A DNA stretch of 64,000 nt, from positions 1,056,001 through 1,120,000 of the forward strand of contig OZ242358.1 in the NCBI GenBank assembly GCA_965208835.1, written 5' to 3'. The notes under the pieces were generated by a model. The model made no database searches, was not told the DNA's origin, and saw nothing but the letters and a program-made list of their open reading frames with translations. Positions 58,832-64,000 of the stretch are shown piece by piece (within the stretch, counting starts at the first letter, position 1; every line of letters begins with the position of its first letter). A program made the position numbers and the translations under genes. The DNA comes from Candidatus Latescibacterota bacterium. GTDB taxonomy: Bacteria; Latescibacterota; UBA2968; GCA-2709665.

Positions 58832-59133
58832 GTCATGACCGAAGAGCCCTATCATTCGATCAAGCCACGAATCACACGGACGACATTCTTTTGCAACGGC
58901 CCTTGTCGTCGACTTCCGCAAGACGGTTGGCCGCTGCCCCTCTTCAAACCGCCGTTTCAGAAAGTCGCGATTCAAGCAGTCGTCCCGCAGCGCTGGCAAC
59001 TGGAGTCGGACCCGGAGCCGACTTCTGCTAGCCTGAATAATTCATGAACTGTGTAAGATTGGGTGAAAAAGGTCGTAACGTGTGTTTTCGGCGAGGGTCA
59101 TTTTGCAGGTTGCGCTTTAGCCGTCAATGGGTA

Positions 59134-62100
59134 CTAGGCAGCCAAGTGCTCCATAAGGACGTGACCAACTGAGCGGATCGTACCAGTAGACAGGTCTAAG
59201 GCAATCTCTGCTAGACCATTACATTCGCACTGGAGCTCTATCTCCGAGCGTATCCAGTTTCTGAGTCGTTCAGGTTGGTCGAGATTTTCCAATAGCAATG
59301 AAGGGAAGTTTATTTTCTCGACGCTTGTTGGCTGGGCTTCAAGTCTGGCCACGGCTAACTCACGAACTTGCTCGTCATTTGCAAAACGTACAGCCAATGC
59401 GCGCGAGCACGAGCGTGGAAACTCCCAAATATCTCCTCGGAGCGTCTCCATCAATGAACCCGCCTTAGTCAGGAATTCATCTGACGGGGCATTAGCGGCC
59501 AAGACAAAAAAACGTGCGGGAAGCAGTAGACTAGACATCTCAACCCGTTGCCGCAAATGTTCCCATCCAAGCGAATTCGGCCAACCTGAGCCAAGCGCGA
59601 CTACGAGTGCACTCTTATTGCTCGGCTGGAATAGGAATGACTCAAGTGTAGTGTACGTTTCACTATCGTTGGCGAATTGTTCGGCGAGTATTTCTGCCGC
59701 AAGAATACCTGGAGCCGTTTGCATCCAACTTCCAATATGAAAACCACGTACAAGATTGAGGCACAAATCACGTAGTCGTCGCGTGCCTCGCCACTTGCTA
59801 GCACATAGCTGTAGCAATTGTGTGGGCGGCCCTTCCTGATCACTACTTATTAGCCGATCGATAATATAGTCCGACAATCCTCGATCCTCTGTAAATGCGG
59901 CCATCTCAGTTGGGAACCCGTCAGGCACCCAATCTACTTGCTCCCAGAACGCCTCGCCAAACGTATTAGATACCCGATCCCAATGGCGGGTCAAGTGTTT
60001 GGCTAGCTGATGGTTCGCCGTGGTCCCCCTACGATAGGTCAAGTCCCTTAAGTCGCGTTCCGCCCACACAGCCAGAACAATGTCAAGTCGGTCAAGTTCA
60101 AGCAAGGCGGAAAATGCCGCTTGGCGGCGGGATTGGAAATCCCGGCCAGTTACGCGCAGACCTTCTCGCAACTCCTTAAGTTTCGTGGATGGCACAGTGC
60201 CGCGCTGTTTCAAAGATCTCGCATATCCAATTGCAGCCGCCGTCTTCACATTCACATCCATATCTTCATCGAATTGAGAAAGCAAAACATGCGCTACTTC
60301 ATCTTCTGAACCTAGTCGTGAAAGTCTGTCAACTATTTTCAATCTAAGGCGTGCAGGGAACGAGCTGCAAAGTTCAAGTATCTTACGTCTTGTCTTTATA
60401 TCCGAACCATAGACCCTTGCAACGGCGTTTAAAGCGCCACCAAGGCGGTGCAGTTGATCAGCCGCAATTTCGCGTACTGTTGCATTGCTAGGAAAGTGTT
60501 GGATTAGAGTGCTTATTCCCCAACGTGACGCGTCGGAGTGTATCACGCCAGACAGTTTTTCCATTGCCGATTGTATCACGTCCTCGTCTAACTCATTCAC
60601 TCCAAGCTTGATCAATCCATTCAGGACGTGTGGGACTTTGATTGCGGGAGCCGTCTCCAAAATCTCCAACAAGCGCACTTTGCACCGTTCGTTATCGTAC
60701 AGAATCTCTGGCAAGAGGTCTGGTGCATCTTTGGCTTTATCGCTATTGGCGAATTTCGTCAAGGCATCAGCAGCTTCTTCGTCCTCCATTCCCCATCCTT
60801 TCAATAACCAATGCGCCTGGTGTTCTGTTATGATATCAGTTCCGGCCTTGGCTTTGAGCAAAAGCCGTTTTGCACGCGTTGAGCGCGAGACAAGACAAAG
60901 TTGATATTCCCAAATTAACCCGTCGAAATTCCTTTCGATCCAGTCATCCACGGCTGGTGACAGATACCTATGACCAGCGAATGCCTCTATCAGAGGTTCG
61001 CAATTTGTATACAACTCAGATATATTGGCCGAGACGTTTTCCTCTTTGAATTGAAGTGCGAGCAACTCCGCGACTTCGTCGTCTTGTGGAAATCCTTCCA
61101 CGAGTAGCATTACAGCATCTCTCGTATCGAATACTGTCTCGCGCGTATAGAGCCTGCTCAAGACACTCCTTATCGCTTCCTTCTTGAGTTCTTGATCGTG
61201 GGGCCACCCCGCGGCGAGTGCGCGGGTCCGATCTCTTTTCCAGTACCAAGAACTCGTACTCCGTGGTTTAGAAAGATTCATCAATATTGCACGATCCCTA
61301 ATATCATGCTCATTACGTTTTACTCGGTGGATGCATGCGACACTCTGTAAGGCGCTGTCGGTCGACAATCGGGCATCTGATAATATCGCTTTAAGCCGAG
61401 AGTCTGACCCCCAACCTAGGCAAAGCGCGTGCAGGGCGCGCGCCTGCAGGTATGATTCTGCAGGCGTCAAAAGGAGCACAAACAGATGTTTTCGGACAAT
61501 TTGATCTCCACCGAAAACTTCAGCAAGGGATTCAGCAGCTGCTCGTCCGTTCCAGACTTCCTCGTCAAATAATCCTCTCCAGAGTATTGACTGTGTTTTG
61601 TTACACTTGGGCCAACTTGCGATGCCCTTATAGAATCCCTCGCGATTGTAGTAGCGAAGGGGATACCAGCGTCGAATCCTGGATTCTACAATTGACCGTA
61701 ACAAATCAGATTGAAGCCCATCAAGTGCGAAATCAAGAAGCCGTTCACGGGTGCGTTCGTGGACACCAGTCTCGATAGTCTGCATCGTCTTTTCTGCTAA
61801 TCTGCCAGCAATACCCGCTGAACAATTCAGATCGCTAAAGGCAACTTCGGCCAAGAAGCTTTGCCGGAGCAGCGCCATTTCATCCGGGAGTTCCATGTCT
61901 TCAACGATTCTGACAATGGCATCAACCTCCCCCGCACGAGTATTCAAATAACACAGACACAAAAACACATCGTGCCACTGAGGATTCGTAAAGCGTTTCC
62001 TTACGATTTTTTTTTGCTGTACAAGTGGCAGATTCGACAGGTGTTTCGCGGCGAGGAATTCCTGAAGTGAACGGTGAAGGAAACCGAACTCCGTTGGGGA

Positions 62101-62623
62101 TTTTTCAACTAGAATACCTATTGTTTCCGCACCAATACCGAGGAGTTCGTCTGCGATTTCCAGTGCTTCTCCATCATCCTTATGTAGGTGTTTGGCGAAG
62201 AATTCTCGAAGCGTATTCTGGGCTACCGTTTTTTCGAGGTTATTGACGTCGCTACTAGGCGAATCCTGGGATTCCCAAGCTAGCCTAGCGAGTGCTCGTT
62301 CACGATTTGCATCGCTCAATCGGCCAATGGTCGAGGCACGAGCGTAAGCGGCTTTTTCGCGTCGCCGAGGCTGTTCTTCTAACAGCAGACCGGTCAATTT
62401 GTCGTATGCTTTAAATCGACTACGTGGAAGCTGTATACCTTGAATAACGAGAGCAATAAGGCCATTTAGCATTAATGGGACCTGCGCTAGGCGGGCAAGT
62501 CGGGTATCGCGGTGAAAGTCCCTGATGTGTTCAGTGGCTTCTGCTTTCGCGCTCGCTTGCCTCATCGCGATGGCTTCGCCGTCTTCATTCTGAGGAGCAA
62601 AGGAATTCGACCGATGAATGTAC
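59134..62623 (-). pseudogene. NACHT/STAND-like NTPase with HEAT-like repeats, 3' part (cut by IS21)
   Basis: LAQVPLML and FGFLHRSLQEFLAA motifs; no Walker A; frame open up to the IS21 end. Confidence 0.8.
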
Positions 62624-64000
62624 TGTCAGAATCGGTTTTAAATTAGACAGAAACGACGGTATAAAAATGGACACTTCCGTGAAGAATGCGATGTAAGCAG
62701 CAAAGAAGCCCTGCCTGTGCTTATAGTAGGGAGATCGGCATAGAGATATCCCAAAAAGCACAGGAGGGCTCGTACCTATGATATTAAGGGAGATGTCCAT
62801 GCAAATCAAGCATTTGAGTGAAGACGGTGTTCCGAAGGCGCGTATCGCCCGGCAGTTGGGCGTCTCGCGTCAGACGGTGTATAACCACCTGAACCGTGAG
62901 GAGGTGTTCCCCAAGGTCAGGGCGCAGCGTGCCTCGAAGCTGGATGCGTATAAAGACGCGATCCGGATGCGTCTGGAGCAGTTCGATTTGCCGGGCACGG
63001 TGGTGTTACAGGAACTGCGTTTGCAAGGCTATACCGGCGGGATCACGATCCTGCGTGAGTTCATGCGCCCGCTGAAGGCGTCGTTGGTCCGTCGAGTGAC
63101 CGAGCGCTTTGAGACGACGCCCGGGCGCCAGGCACAGATGGACTGGGGCGAGTGCGGCACGGTGCAAGTCGGTGATGACCGCAAGAAGCTGTATGTGTTT
63201 GTGCTGGTGTTGGGCTATTCCCGGATGCTTTATGCCCAGTTTACGACCTCGTGCCGGCTGCTGGTGTTGCTGGGGTGCATGAAGGAAGCCTTCTCGATCC
63301 TGGGGATCCCTCGCGAAGTGTTGGTCGACAATATGAAGCAGGCCGTGGATACGCACGACGTGGTCACGGGCAAGGTGACGTGGAACCGGTCTTTTTTGGA
63401 CTTTGCGGCGCATCACGGGTTCCTGCCGGTGGCGTGTCCACCCTACTGGCCCAGAGTCAAAGGCAAGGTGGAGCGTGGCGTAGGCTACCTCAAGGCGTCC
63501 TTTTTGGAAGGACGCGCCTTCACCGACCTCCAGGACCTGAATGGCCAGCTGCAAGCCTGGCTGGATGGGGTCGCCAACACCCGAGTACACGGTACCACGA
63601 AGGCGCGTCCCGTGGACCGCTTTTCCCAGGAGCAAGCCCATTTGCGTCCGCTGAGGGGCGTGCCTGCCTTCGACACCCGTCCTGTGGTGTTGCGTCGCGT
63701 GCCTACGGATTGCCATATCCACTTCAAGGGCGTGCGCTACAGCGTCGATCCCGTCGCAGTGGGCAAGACCGTAAGCGTACGGCCCGATGGCGAAGACGCC
63801 GGGGATGCCTTTGCGGTGTATCTGGATGCATCACAGGTGGCTCGGCACCGCATCAGAGTTGCCGGTAGCGATCCCGTGATGTTGCCTGAACACCAGGAAA
63901 AAATCCAACGCCTCACCCGTGGCCAGGCCCGGCCCACCGCGCGTGGTGCAAGGCGTAACCCACACTATGTGCAGGCGCCGGTATCTGCTCCAAAAAGCCC
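62624..64000 (+). mobile_element. IS21-family element (right part outside the window)
   Basis: Starts TGT; internal repeats CGGTTTTAAAATTAGACA / CGGTATAAAAATGGACA. Confidence 0.88.
62778..64000 (+). CDS. istA: IS21 transposase IstA (3' partial; missing from the ORF track)
   Basis: IARQLGVSRQTV HTH, RFETTPGRQAQMDWG, LGYSR, DNMK, KGKVER. Confidence 0.95.
   Translation, partial: MILREMSMQIKHLSEDGVPKARIARQLGVSRQTVYNHLNREEVFPKVRAQRASKLDAYKDAIRMRLEQFDLPGTVVLQELRLQGYTGGITILREFMRPLKASLVRRVTERFETTPGRQAQMDWGECGTVQVGDDRKKLYVFVLVLGYSRMLYAQFTTSCRLLVLLGCMKEAFSILGIPREVLVDNMKQAVDTHDVVTGKVTWNRSFLDFAAHHGFLPVACPPYWPRVKGKVERGVGYLKASFLEGRAFTDLQDLNGQLQAWLDGVANTRVHGTTKARPVDRFSQEQAHLRPLRGVPAFDTRPVVLRRVPTDCHIHFKGVRYSVDPVAVGKTVSVRPDGEDAGDAFAVYLDASQVARHRIRVAGSDPVMLPEHQEKIQRLTRGQARPTARGARRNPHYVQAPVSAPKS

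Noticed and set aside
63006-63937. ORF-track calls in this interval
   Set aside because: They are shadows of istA, which runs from 62778 off the window edge.
1-64000. CRISPR array or cas genes
   Set aside because: I saw no regularly spaced direct repeats and no Cas-like ORFs.

Overview
The window has two halves. Bases 1 to ~37,000 are GC-rich bacterial core and metabolic DNA: tatC, a Ca/Na antiporter, rfbB-rfbC, uvrA, hemL, two PQQ-type beta-propellers, sugar-acid and PLP catabolic genes, a TonB receptor, ggt, a Zn-metalloprotease and a RelE/XRE toxin-antitoxin pair, plus MITE/REP-like repeats. Bases ~37,100-64,000 are a defence-type island (DUF5131 + tcmP, an unknown two-gene operon, an AlbA/Schlafen protein, a Lit-like protease and a NACHT-like protein) broken up by insertions. 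I could reconstruct these from target-site duplications. tcmP contains an IS3-like element, which contains a second IS3-like element, which contains a 2.9 kb IS1595-family element with cargo. The AlbA gene contains an 8.5 kb AT-rich IS1595-family element with about 15 cargo ORFs, many hairpins and a tRNA-like fold. The NACHT-like gene is cut by an IS21. The most promising new biology is the pair of cargo-bearing IS1595 elements, which share a UDG-like gene, a promoter module and possibly a small-protein family. All calls come from reading the sequence by eye; no searches or folding programs were run.
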